A stretch of DNA of 64,000 nt from Candidatus Sericytochromatia bacterium (GCA_035285125.1 JAYKHR010000048.1:96001-160000), one strand, 5' to 3'. Counted from the stretch's first letter, positions 51,783-64,000 are shown. Notes: a model not told the origin generated them from the sequence alone. A program made the numbers and translations.

Positions 51783-53637
51783 GACAGGCCTCCGGAGACG
51801 CGAGCGCCTGGTCGAGTCGCCGGGCGAGCGCCTGGCCTTCCCCATAGCGACCGCGCGCCCCAACCACCACCTCTCCGAGCCTGCCAAAAGCCTCGGCCAC
51901 GGCGGCCTCGTCCCGGCCGGAAGCCCAGGCCTCCATCACCAGTTCCTCGAACCCGCGCCGCTCCTCGAGCTCGCCGAGGATGCCGTCGAGCTCACCCACC
52001 ACGAGCTCGAAGAGCCGGATCTTGGTGGCGAGCAGGTCCAGCACGTGCGCCTCGATGGTCTCATCGAAGCAGAGGCTGGAGATGGTCACGGGGTGGCGCT
52101 GGCCCAGCCGGTGCAGGCGCCCGATCCGCTGCTCGACGCGCATCGGGTTCCAAGGCAGGTCCACGTTGACGAGCGAGTGGCAGAACTGCAGGTTCAACCC
52201 CTCGGCCCCGCTCTCGGTGCTGACCAGCACCCGCGCCCCAGCCCGAAACGCCCGCAGGGCCTCGGTCCGCTCGCGCGCGTCAAGGCCACCGTGGAAGGCG
52301 ACCACGTCGTGGCCGAGCCCGGCAAGGTGGGTGCAAAGCGCCTCCTGGGTCGCCCGGAACTCGGTGTAGACGAGCACCTGCGCGTCGGGCGTCCAGGCCA
52401 ACAACTCGGCCAGCGCCCTCGCCTTGCGCCCGGGCCCGAGCGCCGAAGCCTGGGCCCGAAGGCCCGCAAGCCGCTTGCGGTGCTTGGCCTCGACGCCCCC
52501 CCCGGCGAGCAAGTGGCCCAGCATGCCGGCCACGGCGTGCGGAGAGCTCGTCAACCCACGCTGAAGGAGCGCGAGCGTCAGGCGCAGGTGCCCCCGGTCG
52601 GGGCAGGCCGCCAGCTCATCCTTGATCCACGTCGTCAGCTCCCGGTAAAGCGTCAGCTCTTCGGCGGGCATCGCGAGGTGGTAGACGCCCGCCCGCCTGG
52701 GCGGAAGCTGCAACCCCACCGCCCCACGCCGGTTGCGGATCATCACCTGAGAGAGGCGCTCGCGGAGGTCGGCCTCGTTCACGGGCTCGCGCGGGTTGCC
52801 GGCCTCGGTGTACCGGGCGAGGAACCCCTTCGGCGTGCCCATGTGCCCCTCGACCAGCAGGTTGACGAGCGCGTGCAGCTCGCTCATGTCGTTCATCACC
52901 GGCGTGGCCGTGAGCAGCAGCATGTGCCGGGTGTTGAGCCGGGCCACGAGGCGGTGGAGCCGCGTGGTGACGCGCCGGGCCCGGTGCGCCTCGTCGACGA
53001 TGACGAGATCCCAGGCTTGGGCGAGGGCGTCGGCCTCGTGGGCCGTCGACCGGGCCAGGTCCATCGAAGCGATCAGCCTCGACCCGGACCAGTCCGCGGC
53101 CTCTCGCACGATGGCGAAGCGCTCGTCGAACTTGGTGGCAAGCTCCTCCTGCCACTGGTGCGTGAGGGAGGCGGGGGCCAGCACGAGCACGCGGTGGGCC
53201 AGCCCCCGCACCAGCAGCTCCTTGAGCACCAACCCGGCCTCCACCGTTTTACCGAGACCGACCTCGTCTGCCAGCAGGGCCCGCCCCCGCATCTGGGCCA
53301 ACACGCGCAGCGCCGCATCGTGCTGGTGGGGCAGGTGGTCGATGTGACAGGCCTCCAGGCACAGGAGGCGATCGAAGCCCGCCGCATGGCGCAAGGCCTC
53401 GGCCTGCCTGCGCAGCAGAAACAGGGCGCCCGGCTCGAGGGGCCAGCGCCCGCCAGCCGGGACAATCTCGATCCGCGGCGGCAGGGCCAGGCCAGGCTCT
53501 GCCGACCTCGGCGTCCGGGCCGCAGCAAGCCGAGGCGGGAGAGGCGCAGCGGGAGGCGCAGCGGGAGGCGGCGGGGCTTGCAACTCGCCGGGGCCGGGGC
53601 AAGCAGCCAGCTCAAGCCATTCAAACCGCTCCAGCAT
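51772..53637 (-). CDS. SNF2-family (YqhH/RapA-like) helicase
   Basis: LLADEVGLGKT, IVDEAH, LLTATP, EGLNLQ, DLPWNPMRVEQRIGRLHRLGQ. Confidence 0.92.
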   Translation of the reverse strand: MLERFEWLELAACPGPGELQAPPPPAAPPAAPLPPRLAAARTPRSAEPGLALPPRIEIVPAGGRWPLEPGALFLLRRQAEALRHAAGFDRLLCLEACHIDHLPHQHDAALRVLAQMRGRALLADEVGLGKTVEAGLVLKELLVRGLAHRVLVLAPASLTHQWQEELATKFDERFAIVREAADWSGSRLIASMDLARSTAHEADALAQAWDLVIVDEAHRARRVTTRLHRLVARLNTRHMLLLTATPVMNDMSELHALVNLLVEGHMGTPKGFLARYTEAGNPREPVNEADLRERLSQVMIRNRRGAVGLQLPPRRAGVYHLAMPAEELTLYRELTTWIKDELAACPDRGHLRLTLALLQRGLTSSPHAVAGMLGHLLAGGGVEAKHRKRLAGLRAQASALGPGRKARALAELLAWTPDAQVLVYTEFRATQEALCTHLAGLGHDVVAFHGGLDARERTEALRAFRAGARVLVSTESGAEGLNLQFCHSLVNVDLPWNPMRVEQRIGRLHRLGQRHPVTISSLCFDETIEAHVLDLLATKIRLFELVVGELDGILGELEERRGFEELVMEAWASGRDEAAVAEAFGRLGEVVVGARGRYGEGQALARRLDQALASPEACRGG

Positions 53638-53640
53638 GCC

Positions 53641-55131
<1,491 letters not shown>

Positions 55132-55490
55132 ACAGGACCCCGGGTCGCCAGGCACGCGGAAGGCCAGGCATCAGAGTGTACGCCGCCAGGCGAGCCGACG
55201 GCAACATAACCCCCACGCGCCCACGCTCGAGGCCTGTTATGCTGGCCCGTGAATGGTGGAGAAGCCGTGCTTATTTTCCCAGGGGGCTGCGGCCACCAGG
55301 GTGAAGCGGTGGTGGCAGACCGCGTCGCGTGCAGTCCTCGTCGGGTTCCTCAGGGCCTTGCTGGTGGTCGTGACCACCCCGGAGGCGCTCGAGTCCCTCG
55401 TCGAGTTCGAGCAAGAGCCCGGACTCGAGCGGGTCCTCGATCACGAGGCCATCCGCCCGGAGCACCAGCACGACGGGCGAACCGAGTGCT

Positions 55491-55944
55491 CGCGCACGGT
55501 GGCGGCGAGGCAGCCACGATCGAGTACGCCGTGGCCTCGCTCGGCGTGAAGGACATCATCGTCTGTGGGCACTCCCACTGTGGGGCCACGAAGGCCCTGC
55601 TCGACGACGACGCCACGGCAGACCTGCCCCAGATGCGGGCCTGGCTCGGCCACGCCGCCGCAACGAAGCGAATCAACGCCGAGAACTACGCCGACCGGGA
55701 CCCCGAGGCCAAGCTGCGGGCTGCCACCGAGGAGAACGTCCTCGTCCAGTTCGAGAACCTCCGCACCCACCCCGTGGTGGCCGCCCGCCTGGCTCGCGGC
55801 GAGCTCCACCTCCACGCCTGGGTCTACAAGCTGGAGACCGGCGAGGTCTTCGGCTACGAGCCCGAGGCCGGCCAGTTCCTGCCCGTCCTGGTTGAGGGTG
55901 CCACAACCTCAGCCCAGACGCCCGAGCCCCCCGAGACGGCCTGA
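55491..55944 (+). pseudogene. Beta-carbonic anhydrase, 5' half missing
   Basis: GGEAATIEYAV...IIVCGHSHCGA...EENV...NLRTHP...HAWVY present; no CxDSR or RNAGN found in any frame upstream. Confidence 0.75.
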
Positions 55945-55954
55945 GGAGACCCCG

Positions 55955-57042
55955 ATGACCACGGCTTCGGACCTTCGCGAGGAAGCAGAGACCTCGCTAT
56001 CCGCGCGCCTGCGCTACTACATGACCCCCCTGGATGGCCGCTACGAGGACCTCCACCGGGGCTCTCTGTGGCTCAACGTGATACGCGACGCGGCCGCCGG
56101 CCTCGTCGTCGCGATGGTGGCCATCCCCCTGGCGATGGGCTTTGCCATGGCCTCGGGCCTCCGCCCCGAGCAGGGCATCGTGGGCGGCGCCATCGCAGGC
56201 GCCGTCGGCGCCCTGTTCGGGGGCTCCAAGTATCAGGTGTATGGCCCCACCGCCAGGAGATCAACTGGCATGCCGTGGTGCTGGCGCTGGGCACCTTCGC
56301 CGTGACCAAGGTCGCGCTGCGAATCTCGCCTTTCATTCCAGCACCCTTGCTCGCCCTCGGGCTTGGCACGTGGTTGGCGGAGACCACCTGGGCAGGCAAG
56401 GGGCTGGTGAGCATCAAAGAGAGGTACGCCAGCATCCCCACAGACTTCTGGGTCTTCGCCACCCCGGCGCCAATCCAGCTGACGGCACCCTTCCTGATGG
56501 ACCTGGTGTTTTTCGTCGCAGCGATCGTCTTCGTGTCGGGCGTCGAGAGCCTGCTGTGCTCCCGGATGGCCGACCGCCTCGCGGGCAACGACCGCACGCC
56601 GTTCCACCCCAACAAGGAGCTGTGGGGCCAGGGCTGGGTTCAGGTGATCGTGCCGCTGCTCAACGGCTTCCCGCACACCGGGGCGCTCGCCCGCACGGCC
56701 GCCAACATCCGGCTGGGGGCCATCTCTCCGCTGGCGGGGATCTTCAAGGCCGTCTTCAAGCTGCTGCTGGCAGCCTTCCTGGCCCGCCACCTGGAGCTCG
56801 TCCCGATGGCTTGCATCGGCGGCGTGCTGCTGTACGTGGCCATTGGGATGGTCAAGGCAGAGGAGGTCACGGAGGTGCTGGCCAACCAGCGCTTCCACGT
56901 GTTCCTGATGGTCTGGACGGCAGTTGCCGTGGCGGCCACCGACTTCCTCAAGGGTGTGCTGTCAGCAGTGATCATCTGGCTGGCGCTCCGACGTTGGCTC
57001 GAGCGTCATCCCGCCGCCGCGCCGGAGGCCGAAGCGGCCTGA
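55955..57042 (+). pseudogene. SulP-family anion transporter with internal deletion and frameshift
   Basis: First frame AGLVVAMVAIPLAMGFA...GGSKYQVYGPTA, switching near 56254 to QEINWHAVV...ESLLC...NKELWGQG...TGALART. Confidence 0.8.
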
Positions 57043-57085
57043 GGGCGGGGCCTCCCGCCCACTGCCGACCGCCGGAGGGCCGGGC

Positions 57086-58030
57086 TCAGCGCAGGCTGAC
57101 CCCGGCCGCCTCCAGCGCCAGGCAGGCTGCCCCCAGCGCCCCGGCCCGTTCGCCGAGCGCCGCGAGCCGCAGGGCGTCGGGCGACAGCCCACGCTCCCCA
57201 GCCACGGCGGGATCGCGCAGCGCGTCGCCAAGCCACCCGAGGTAGCTGGGCTGGCTCACCACGCCGCCGCCGAGGACGAACATATCGGGGTCCACCAAGC
57301 TGGCGATAGAAACCAGCCCCTGCGCCATGAACCTGGCGCTCCGGGCGAGCACGGCCCGCATCGTCGGGTCCCCGGCCCCGGCCGCCGCGAAGACGTCGTG
57401 GGCGGTGCCCCCAAAGCCAGGCACCGCCTCGGCGGCCAGCCGGGCAATCGCGGTGCCCGATGCATAAACCTCCAGGCACCCCGTCTGCCCGCAGTTGCAG
57501 CGCACGCCCTCGGCCTGAACCACGATGTGCCCGACCTCCCCCCCACGCCAACGCCCCCCGCGCCACAGGCGTCCGTCCAGCACGAGCCCTCCCCCAACGC
57601 CGGTGCCGACCGTCACGGCCACGAGGCTGCGGCATCCCTGCCCCACGCCGAGCCGGTGCTCGCCGTAGGCAGCGGCGTTGGCGTCGTTCTCGACCACCAC
57701 CGGCAACGCGAGCCGGTCCGCCAGCCAGGGCCCCACGGGCGAGCCAGTCCAGCCGGCGATGTTGGGCGAGGCATAGGCCACGACCCCGGCCTCCACGTCG
57801 ATCTGGCCGGCGGCGCTGACGCCAACGCCAACCACGCGCCGCCGCTCTTCCTGCGTCAGCTCGGAGAGGGCCCCCAGCGCCGCCGCAGCCAGCGCCTCGA
57901 GGACCGCGTCCGCACCGGCGCTAGCCGGCGTCGAGAGGCGCCACTCGCCACGCGAAACCCCAGCCCCGTCCAGCAGTGAGGCCAGAATCTTCGTGCCGCC
58001 GACATCCAACCCAAGCGCCAGGGCGTCCAC
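57086..58030 (-). CDS. ROK family sugar kinase (NanK/glucokinase-like)
   Basis: LDVGGTK, ENDANAAAYGE, GTGVGGG, GEVGH, CNCGQTGCLE. Confidence 0.9.
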   Translation of the reverse strand: MDALALGLDVGGTKILASLLDGAGVSRGEWRLSTPASAGADAVLEALAAAALGALSELTQEERRRVVGVGVSAAGQIDVEAGVVAYASPNIAGWTGSPVGPWLADRLALPVVVENDANAAAYGEHRLGVGQGCRSLVAVTVGTGVGGGLVLDGRLWRGGRWRGGEVGHIVVQAEGVRCNCGQTGCLEVYASGTAIARLAAEAVPGFGGTAHDVFAAAGAGDPTMRAVLARSARFMAQGLVSIASLVDPDMFVLGGGVVSQPSYLGWLGDALRDPAVAGERGLSPDALRLAALGERAGALGAACLALEAAGVSLR

Positions 58031-58031
58031 C

Positions 58032-58721
58032 TCAGCCCCCCCCCTCGGCAGCCCTCAGGCTGGCCGCAAACCGCCGCGTCACCAGCTGAGGGCGGGTGAT
58101 CGCCGAGCCCACCACCACGGCCCAGGCCCCGTGCGCAAGGGCGCGGGCGGCCTCCTCCGGCGTCCAGATACGCCCCTCCATCAAGACCGGGCCCCTACAC
58201 CGGGCGATCATCTCAGTCAAAAGGGCCCAGTCCGGCTCCGCAGGAGGCGGCCCCTCGCCCGTGTAACCCGCCAGCGTCGGCGCGACGGCCCACGCCCCGG
58301 CGGCCTCTGCGGCGAGGGCCTCGGCAAGGGAGCTGACGTCCGCCAGCACCGGCACCCCGAGGTCGCGCCGGATGCGGCCCACCAGGTCGGCGACAGGCTC
58401 AGGCCGCGGCCGGTCCGTCGCATCCACCGCCACCACGTCAGCGCCCGCAGCCACCACGGCTGCGGCGGCCTCGAAGGTGGGGGTGATGTAGACGCCAACC
58501 TCTCCTTGCTTCCAGAGCCCAATCAGCGGCACGTCCACCGCCGCGCGAATCGCGGCGATGTCTGCAGGGCTCTCGCACCTGACGCCCACGGCGCCACCCT
58601 CCACCACCGCGCGTGCCATGACGGCCATATGGGCGGCCCCGTGAAGGGGCTCGTGGGGCTGGGCCTGGCAGCTGACGATGAGCCCCCCGCGAAGGTTCGC
58701 CAAGGCGTCAGAAGACGGCAT
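58032..58721 (-). CDS. nanE: N-acetylmannosamine-6-phosphate 2-epimerase
   Basis: GGLIVSCQA, PLIGLWK, VYITPT, TLAGYT, EGRIWTP, VVGSAITRP. Confidence 0.93.
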   Translation of the reverse strand: MPSSDALANLRGGLIVSCQAQPHEPLHGAAHMAVMARAVVEGGAVGVRCESPADIAAIRAAVDVPLIGLWKQGEVGVYITPTFEAAAAVVAAGADVVAVDATDRPRPEPVADLVGRIRRDLGVPVLADVSSLAEALAAEAAGAWAVAPTLAGYTGEGPPPAEPDWALLTEMIARCRGPVLMEGRIWTPEEAARALAHGAWAVVVGSAITRPQLVTRRFAASLRAAEGGG

Positions 58722-59127
58722 CGGCCTCCAGTTCGGCGAAGTCCAGGCGGCAGCGCTGCTGGAAATCGACCAGCATCCCGATCTGCTCGGGGGTCGCCAG
58801 GTGCAGCTCGACGAAGATCTCGCCGATGCGGACGTCACGCTCACCCTGCACGGCCAGTGCAAGTTCGAGGTTCTCCTCACTGATCAACCCGCGGGCCAGC
58901 GCGAGCTCACCCAGCCGCAGCTTCTTGCAGTAGTCCTGCAGCACCGTCTCCAGACGTTCCAGCGTCACGCAACCCTCGCCGATGAGGATCTCGGACAAGG
59001 AGAGGAAGAGACTGCGGCGGGACCGCTCCAGGGAGCGCCGGAGCTGCTCGGCGTTGATCAGCCCCTGCGACTGCAACAGCTGCGCCACGAGCCGGTCCTT
59101 GGGATCAAGGTCGAACAGGTCGAGCAT
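58708..59127 (-). CDS. Standalone MshEN-like (putative c-di-GMP-binding) repeat protein
   Basis: RLGELALARGLISEENLELALAVQ matches the MshEN motif; three more related repeats. Confidence 0.7.
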   Translation of the reverse strand: MLDLFDLDPKDRLVAQLLQSQGLINAEQLRRSLERSRRSLFLSLSEILIGEGCVTLERLETVLQDYCKKLRLGELALARGLISEENLELALAVQGERDVRIGEIFVELHLATPEQIGMLVDFQQRCRLDFAELEADAVF

Positions 59128-59191
59128 GGTTCCCCCCCACTGGCGCGACGGCCAGCTGCGACAACTCCAAGTATTCCCCGACCCGCGAGGC

Positions 59192-62116
59192 CTAAACCGA
59201 CCTTTTCTTGCCCCGCTTGGGTCCCGATGAGGCCACCGGGGCTTCGGGCGCAGGGGGCTCGGAGCCTGCCAGCAGGGGCGCCAGAAACCGCCCCGTGTGG
59301 CTGCCCTGGCAGGCGGCCACCCGCTCGGGGGGCCCCGACGCAACCAGCTGACCGCCCCGGTCGCCGCCCTCCGGCCCCAGGTCGATGAGGTGGTCGGCCT
59401 GCTTGATGATGTCGAGGTTGTGCTCGATCACCAGCACCGTGTTGCCCCCGTCCACGAGCCTGTTGAGCACCTCGAGGAGCTTGTCGACGTCATAGAAACT
59501 GAGCCCCGTCGAGGGCTCGTCCAAGATGTACAGCGTGCGCCCGGTGGCCCGCCGAGACAGCTGCTCCGCGAGCTTCACGCGCTGGGCCTCGCCGCCGGAC
59601 AGCGTGGTCGCAGCTTGTCCGAGCTTGATGTACTCCAGGCCCACGTCGAACAGGGTCTGGAGCTTGGTCCGGGCACGGGGCACGGCCTCGAAGAAGGACA
59701 AAGCCTCCTCGACGGTCATATCGAGCACGTCGGCGATCGACTGGCCCTTGAACTTCACCTCGAGCGTCTCTCGGTTGTAGCGCCTGCCCTTGCAGACATC
59801 GCACGGAACGTACACATCCGGGAGGAAGTGCATCTCGATGACATTCATGCCCTCCCCCTTGCAGGCCTCGCACCTGCCACCTTTCACGTTGAAGGAGAAG
59901 CGTCCGGCCTGGTAGCCCCGGGCACGGGCCTCGGTCGTCATCGCGAACACCTCCCGGAGGTGATCGAACAGCCCCGTGTAGGTGGCGGGATTGGAGCGCG
60001 GTGTCCGGCCGATGGGGGCCTGGTCAATGACGATCACCTTGTCGAGGTGCTCCAGACCCGACACCGCCCGAAGGCCCGCAGGGGGCGCAACCTGGCCGTT
60101 GAAGTGGTGCTGCAGGTAGCGGTGGAACACGTCATGGACGAGGGTGCTCTTGCCGGAACCCGACACCCCCGTGACACAGACGAAGGTGCCGAGCGGCAGG
60201 GCGACGTCCACGTCGCGCAGGTTGTTTTCAGATGCACCCTCAAGGTAGATCCAGTTGCCGCTGCCGGAGCGACGGCGAGAGGGAACAGGCACGCCCCGGG
60301 CGCCGGACAGGTACTGGCCCGTCAGCGAGGCCTCACAGGCCATCACGTCCGCCATCGTGCCCTGCACGACGACGTGGCCGCCGTGCACGCCGGCCCGGGG
60401 CCCGATGTCGACAATGTGGTCGGCCGCCCGGATGGTGTCCTCGTCGTGCTCGACGACGATCAGCGTGTTGCCGAGGTCGCGCAAACGCCTGAGGGTGGCA
60501 AGCAGCCGCTCGTTGTCGCGCTGGTGCAGCCCGATGGAGGGCTCGTCGAGGATGTAAAGGACGCCCTGCAGCCCCGATCCGATCTGGGTCGCGAGGCGGA
60601 TTCGCTGCGCCTCCCCGCCAGACAGGGTGTTGGCTGCCCGGTCCAGCGAGAGGTAGTCGAGCCCCACGTCGTTGAGGAAGCCGAGGCGGGCGTTGATTTC
60701 TTTGAGCAGTTGGGCCCCGATGAGCCGCTGACGCTCCGTCAGCGAGAGCCCCTGGAAGAAGGGCAGCGCTTCGCGGATGGAGAGGGCCGTGAGGTCGGCG
60801 ATGGAGGCCCCCTGAATGCGAACGGCAAGCGCCTCGGGACGAAGCCTGCGCCCCTGGCAACGCTCGCAGGGGATGGCCGCCATGAAGCCCTCCAGCTCCT
60901 GCTTGAAGCGTTCGCTGGTGGTCTCGGTGTGCCGACGCTGCAGGTTGGGGATCAGCCCTTCGAAGCGGGTGTCGTAGCCAAAGCCGCTCTCCTGGTACCA
61001 GCTCGGCTGGTTGATCCGGTAGCGCGCATCTCCTGTTCCATGCAAGATCCACTGCCGAGCCTGCTCCGAAAGGCTCGCCCAAGGCACATCGATCGAGAAG
61101 CCCTTCGCCGCCGCGACTGCGCTGAGCAGTTCCACGTAGTAGGGGTTGCCCGTCCTCGCCCACGGCACCAGCGCCCCCTCCCGCAGCGTCTTTCGAGGGT
61201 CCGGAACCAGCAGGGCTGGGTCCAGCTCCTGGCGGGCCCCGAGGCCGTGGCAGGCGGCGCAGGCCCCGAACGGCGAGTTGAAGGAGAAGAGCCTGGGGGC
61301 CACCTCATCCAGGCTCGTGCCGCAGTCCGTGCAGGCATAGTGCTCGGAGAACAGCATGTCCCGGCCGGTGCCGGGGGCCTCCCTGGAGCCGAGGAGCTCC
61401 ACCACCACAAGCCCCTCGGCGTGCTGCAAGGCGGTGGCGACGGAGTCAGCGAGCCGAGAGGCCTGATCGGGTCGCACCACGATGCGGTCGACCACGATGG
61501 CGACGTCGTGCTTGCGGTTCTTGTCGAGCGCGGGCGCCTCCTGCAGGTCAACGACCTCCCCATCGACGCGAACCCGAACGAAGCCCGCCTTGCGGGCCTG
61601 CTCGAAGACCTTGTCGTGGGACCCCTTCTTGCCACGAACCAGCGGGGCGAGCACCTGGACGCGAGTGCCCTCGGGCTGCGCGAGCACCTGGTCGACAATC
61701 TGCTCGACGGTCTGCGGGTTGATGACCTGCCCACACTGGTGGCAATGGGGGGTACCCACCCGCGCGAACAGCAGGCGCAGGTGGTCGTAGATCTCCGTGA
61801 CGGTCCCAACGGTGGAGCGAGGGTTGTGGCTGGTGGACTTCTGGTCGATGGAGATCGCCGGCGAGAGGCCCTCGATATAATCCACGTCCGGCTTGTCGAG
61901 CTGCCCGAGGAACTGCCTTGCGTAGGCCGACAGCGACTCCACGTAGCGGCGCTGGCCCTCGGCAAAGACCGTGTCGAAGGCCAGCGAAGACTTGCCGGAC
62001 CCCGACACCCCCGTGAAAACGACCAGCTGATCGCGGGGAATCCGGAGGTCCACGTTCTTGAGGTTGTGCTCGCGCGCACCCTTGATGAACAGGTGGGAGT
62101 TGTCTGAAGTAGGCAT
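59192..62116 (-). CDS. uvrA: Excinuclease ABC subunit A
   Basis: GAREHNLKN, two GVSGSGKS P-loops, two LSGGEAQR signatures, zinc fingers. Confidence 0.98.
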   Translation of the reverse strand: MPTSDNSHLFIKGAREHNLKNVDLRIPRDQLVVFTGVSGSGKSSLAFDTVFAEGQRRYVESLSAYARQFLGQLDKPDVDYIEGLSPAISIDQKSTSHNPRSTVGTVTEIYDHLRLLFARVGTPHCHQCGQVINPQTVEQIVDQVLAQPEGTRVQVLAPLVRGKKGSHDKVFEQARKAGFVRVRVDGEVVDLQEAPALDKNRKHDVAIVVDRIVVRPDQASRLADSVATALQHAEGLVVVELLGSREAPGTGRDMLFSEHYACTDCGTSLDEVAPRLFSFNSPFGACAACHGLGARQELDPALLVPDPRKTLREGALVPWARTGNPYYVELLSAVAAAKGFSIDVPWASLSEQARQWILHGTGDARYRINQPSWYQESGFGYDTRFEGLIPNLQRRHTETTSERFKQELEGFMAAIPCERCQGRRLRPEALAVRIQGASIADLTALSIREALPFFQGLSLTERQRLIGAQLLKEINARLGFLNDVGLDYLSLDRAANTLSGGEAQRIRLATQIGSGLQGVLYILDEPSIGLHQRDNERLLATLRRLRDLGNTLIVVEHDEDTIRAADHIVDIGPRAGVHGGHVVVQGTMADVMACEASLTGQYLSGARGVPVPSRRRSGSGNWIYLEGASENNLRDVDVALPLGTFVCVTGVSGSGKSTLVHDVFHRYLQHHFNGQVAPPAGLRAVSGLEHLDKVIVIDQAPIGRTPRSNPATYTGLFDHLREVFAMTTEARARGYQAGRFSFNVKGGRCEACKGEGMNVIEMHFLPDVYVPCDVCKGRRYNRETLEVKFKGQSIADVLDMTVEEALSFFEAVPRARTKLQTLFDVGLEYIKLGQAATTLSGGEAQRVKLAEQLSRRATGRTLYILDEPSTGLSFYDVDKLLEVLNRLVDGGNTVLVIEHNLDIIKQADHLIDLGPEGGDRGGQLVASGPPERVAACQGSHTGRFLAPLLAGSEPPAPEAPVASSGPKRGKKRSV

Positions 62117-62282
62117 GCCGGAAAAGTCCGTCTCGTGCTGCAACCGGGATTCTACCCGGCCCAGAACCAAGGCCGCAAGCGGGTTCGCCCTTAGGGGAGC
62201 GACTCTCCCCCGGCCCAAGGAGGCCCCAGGCACCCCCGTGACACCACACGGTATCCGGCCGACACCCCGGCCAGAAGGGCCC

Positions 62283-62672
62283 TCACAGGCTCGGGGCGGC
62301 GTCTGACACCGACCGCCACAGGGGCGGGCCGAGCAGCAAGAGGCCGACCACCACGGCGTTCAACGCGCTGATCAGCACGGCCGCCGCGGCCACGTCTTTC
62401 GCGATCTTGGCCAGGGGGTGGCGACGGTGGGTGTACAGGTCGACCGCGCTCTCGATGGCCGTGTTCAGCATCTCCATCGTGATCACGAGCGAGCACACGG
62501 CGGCCAGCAGGGCCAGCTCACCGCGGGGCACACGAAGCCAGAGCGCCGCCGCCATCACCACGGCCCCGGCCACCACGTGGATGCGCATGTTCCGCTGCGT
62601 GCGAAGGCAGAAGTAGATGCCCGCAGCGGCGAAGCGAAAGCTCGCGAGCAGGTTCGCAGCCTTGAACCGCAC
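62283..62672 (-). CDS. dgkA: Diacylglycerol/undecaprenol kinase
   Basis: [31 protein letters not shown]. Confidence 0.9.
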   Translation of the reverse strand: MRFKAANLLASFRFAAAGIYFCLRTQRNMRIHVVAGAVVMAAALWLRVPRGELALLAAVCSLVITMEMLNTAIESAVDLYTHRRHPLAKIAKDVAAAAVLISALNAVVVGLLLLGPPLWRSVSDAAPSL

Positions 62673-62674
62673 GC

Positions 62675-63181
62675 CTAGCTCCGGGCCCGCGACGCCCGAG
62701 AGCGCGTGGGTGGCTCCTCGTCGCCGTACGCAATAGGCGGCACCCCCAGCGCCGCGAGCAGCTCCGCCTGCCGCCGCCACATCCGCGCCTTCCGCGCAGG
62801 CGTGTCGTGGTCTTCGCCCAACAGGTGCAGCAGGCCGTGCACCATCAGCAGGGCGAGTTCGGCCTCCACGTCGTGCCCTCGGGCCTCGGCCTGGCTGGCA
62901 GCCACATCCACCGCCACCACAACGTCACCGAGCAACCGCCCCCCGCCCGGCAGGGGCGGGCCCTCCGCCTCTTCAAGCGCGAAGGCCAGAACGTCCGTGG
63001 GCCGATCCACCCCCCGGTAGTCCCGGTTCAGGAAGTGCATGCCGTCTGCATCAACCCACGTGAGCGACCACTCGTCGTCCGCCAGCGAAAGTCCACACGC
63101 TTCGTGCAGAGCCTCCGCCCGCCGCTGCCAGGCCTCATCGTCGAGGGGCAACGCTTGCTCATTATTTAGGTAAACCGGCAA
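62675..63181 (-). CDS. ybeY: rRNA maturation endoribonuclease YbeY
   Basis: LNRDYRGVDRPTDVLAF, LLGDVV, HGLLHLLGEDH. Confidence 0.95.
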   Translation of the reverse strand: MPVYLNNEQALPLDDEAWQRRAEALHEACGLSLADDEWSLTWVDADGMHFLNRDYRGVDRPTDVLAFALEEAEGPPLPGGGRLLGDVVVAVDVAASQAEARGHDVEAELALLMVHGLLHLLGEDHDTPARKARMWRRQAELLAALGVPPIAYGDEEPPTRSRASRARS

Positions 63182-64000
63182 CCTTGCGGCCTTTCAACTC
63201 GGTGTCAGCGCCGCCCCGAAGCTCCCGGAACACCTGGTCGGGATACTCGATGCGCTGGTGGAAGAGGCCAGACAGCACGCGGATGAAGGCCTGGGCGATC
63301 TTCTCGATCTCCTGCAGCGTGAGGGGGGCCTCCGAGAGCTCTCCGTCAGACAGGCGCTTGTCGACGATGCGGCGGACCATCGCCTCGATCTGCTCCGGCG
63401 TGGGGGTCTTGAGCGACCGACAGGCGGCCTCCACCCCGTCCGCCAGCATCACAATGCCCGTCTCTCGGGTCCTCGGCCTGGGGCCCGGGTAGCGGAAGTG
63501 CTCCTCCTGCACCTGCCGCACCCCCTCTGCCTGCACCGCCTGGTGATAGAAGAATGAGACCAGGCTGGTGCCGTGGTGGGTCGCGATGAAGTCCTGGATG
63601 ATGGCAGGCAACCTGTGCTCCCGGGCCATCTCCAGCCCCTCCTTCACGTGGGCCGTGATCACCAGCGCCGACAGCCGAGGCGAGATCCGGTCGTGCTGGT
63701 TCGTCATCCCCAGCTGGTTCTCGACGAAGAAGTACGGCCGTTTGGTCTTGCCAATGTCATGGTAGTACGAGCCGACCCGGACGAGCAGGGCGTCCGCCCC
63801 GATGGCCTCCGCAGCTGCCTCGGCGAGGTTCCCAACCAGGATGGAGTGATGGTACGTGCCGGGCGCCTTCATCTGAAGCTCGCGGAGCAGCGGCTGACTC
63901 GGGTTGGCAAGCTCCAGCAGCTTGAAGGTGGTGGTGATCCCGAAGAGGTCCTCCACGAGGGGCAGGATGCCCACCACGAGGATGGCGGAACCGAGCCCTG
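63162..64000 (-). CDS. 7TM-HD phosphohydrolase (YqfF/PgpH-like), 5' part outside the window
   Basis: LLELAN, APGTYHHS, YYHDIGK, HHGT, FRYPGPRP, MLADGVEAA, RIEYP; adjacent to ybeY. Confidence 0.9.
   Translation of the reverse strand, partial: GLGSAILVVGILPLVEDLFGITTTFKLLELANPSQPLLRELQMKAPGTYHHSILVGNLAEAAAEAIGADALLVRVGSYYHDIGKTKRPYFFVENQLGMTNQHDRISPRLSALVITAHVKEGLEMAREHRLPAIIQDFIATHHGTSLVSFFYHQAVQAEGVRQVQEEHFRYPGPRPRTRETGIVMLADGVEAACRSLKTPTPEQIEAMVRRIVDKRLSDGELSEAPLTLQEIEKIAQAFIRVLSGLFHQRIEYPDQVFRELRGGADTELKGRKVAGLPK

Noticed and set aside
53534..53576. Short tandem repeat GCAGCGGGAGGC
   Set aside because: It encodes a PPAAPPAA linker inside the helicase; it is not a CRISPR or regulatory repeat.
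55253..55549. 98-aa ORF upstream of the carbonic anhydrase fragment as its frameshifted N-terminus
   Set aside because: It contains no CxDSR or RNAGN motif, so it does not restore the enzyme; its coding status is unsupported.

Overview
A high-GC (visually about 70%) bacterial chromosomal segment, densely coding, with about 55 genes. I found no rRNA, tRNA, CRISPR array, transposase or integrase. The mix of cyanobacteria-like families (DUF3326, HSP20-tailed ArsA/Get3, Ycf46-like AAA ATPase), giant STAND-type signalling proteins and orphan lipoproteins suggests a non-photosynthetic Cyanobacteriota relative such as Ca. Sericytochromatia (inference only). Content in order: a Fur-boxed fur-feoA-feoB operon extended by two small ORFs and DUF3326; YaeQ-like, ArsA-like, MBL hydrolase, pepA; a giant Ser/Thr kinase-STAND-TPR-GAF-GGDEF gene followed by two apparently catalytically dead enzymes (HisC-like, M20/YgeY-like) and an orphan histidine kinase; lipoproteins; an XRE regulator in an AT-richer region with repeated CWTG-N6-CAWK palindromes; cell-wall proteins; folD, HU, transaldolase/FSA; a subtilase; a degenerate STAND-GAF-histidine kinase; pepP, a phosphoesterase, an SRPBCC-AI-2E fusion, MMPL, SLT; TPR plus a pseudo-M1 peptidase; CNNM-pyrG-cdd-era; an AAA-SNF2 helicase-Cys-rich protein operon; a broken carbonic anhydrase-SulP pair; standalone MshEN-nanE-ROK; uvrA; and HD-ybeY-dgkA. 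The best candidates for undescribed biology are the pseudoenzyme-containing signalling operon (8343-16718), the AAA/SNF2/Cys-rich operon (50020-55131), the standalone MshEN protein coupled to nanE, and the XRE operator array. All family calls come from motif recognition by eye, not database searches.
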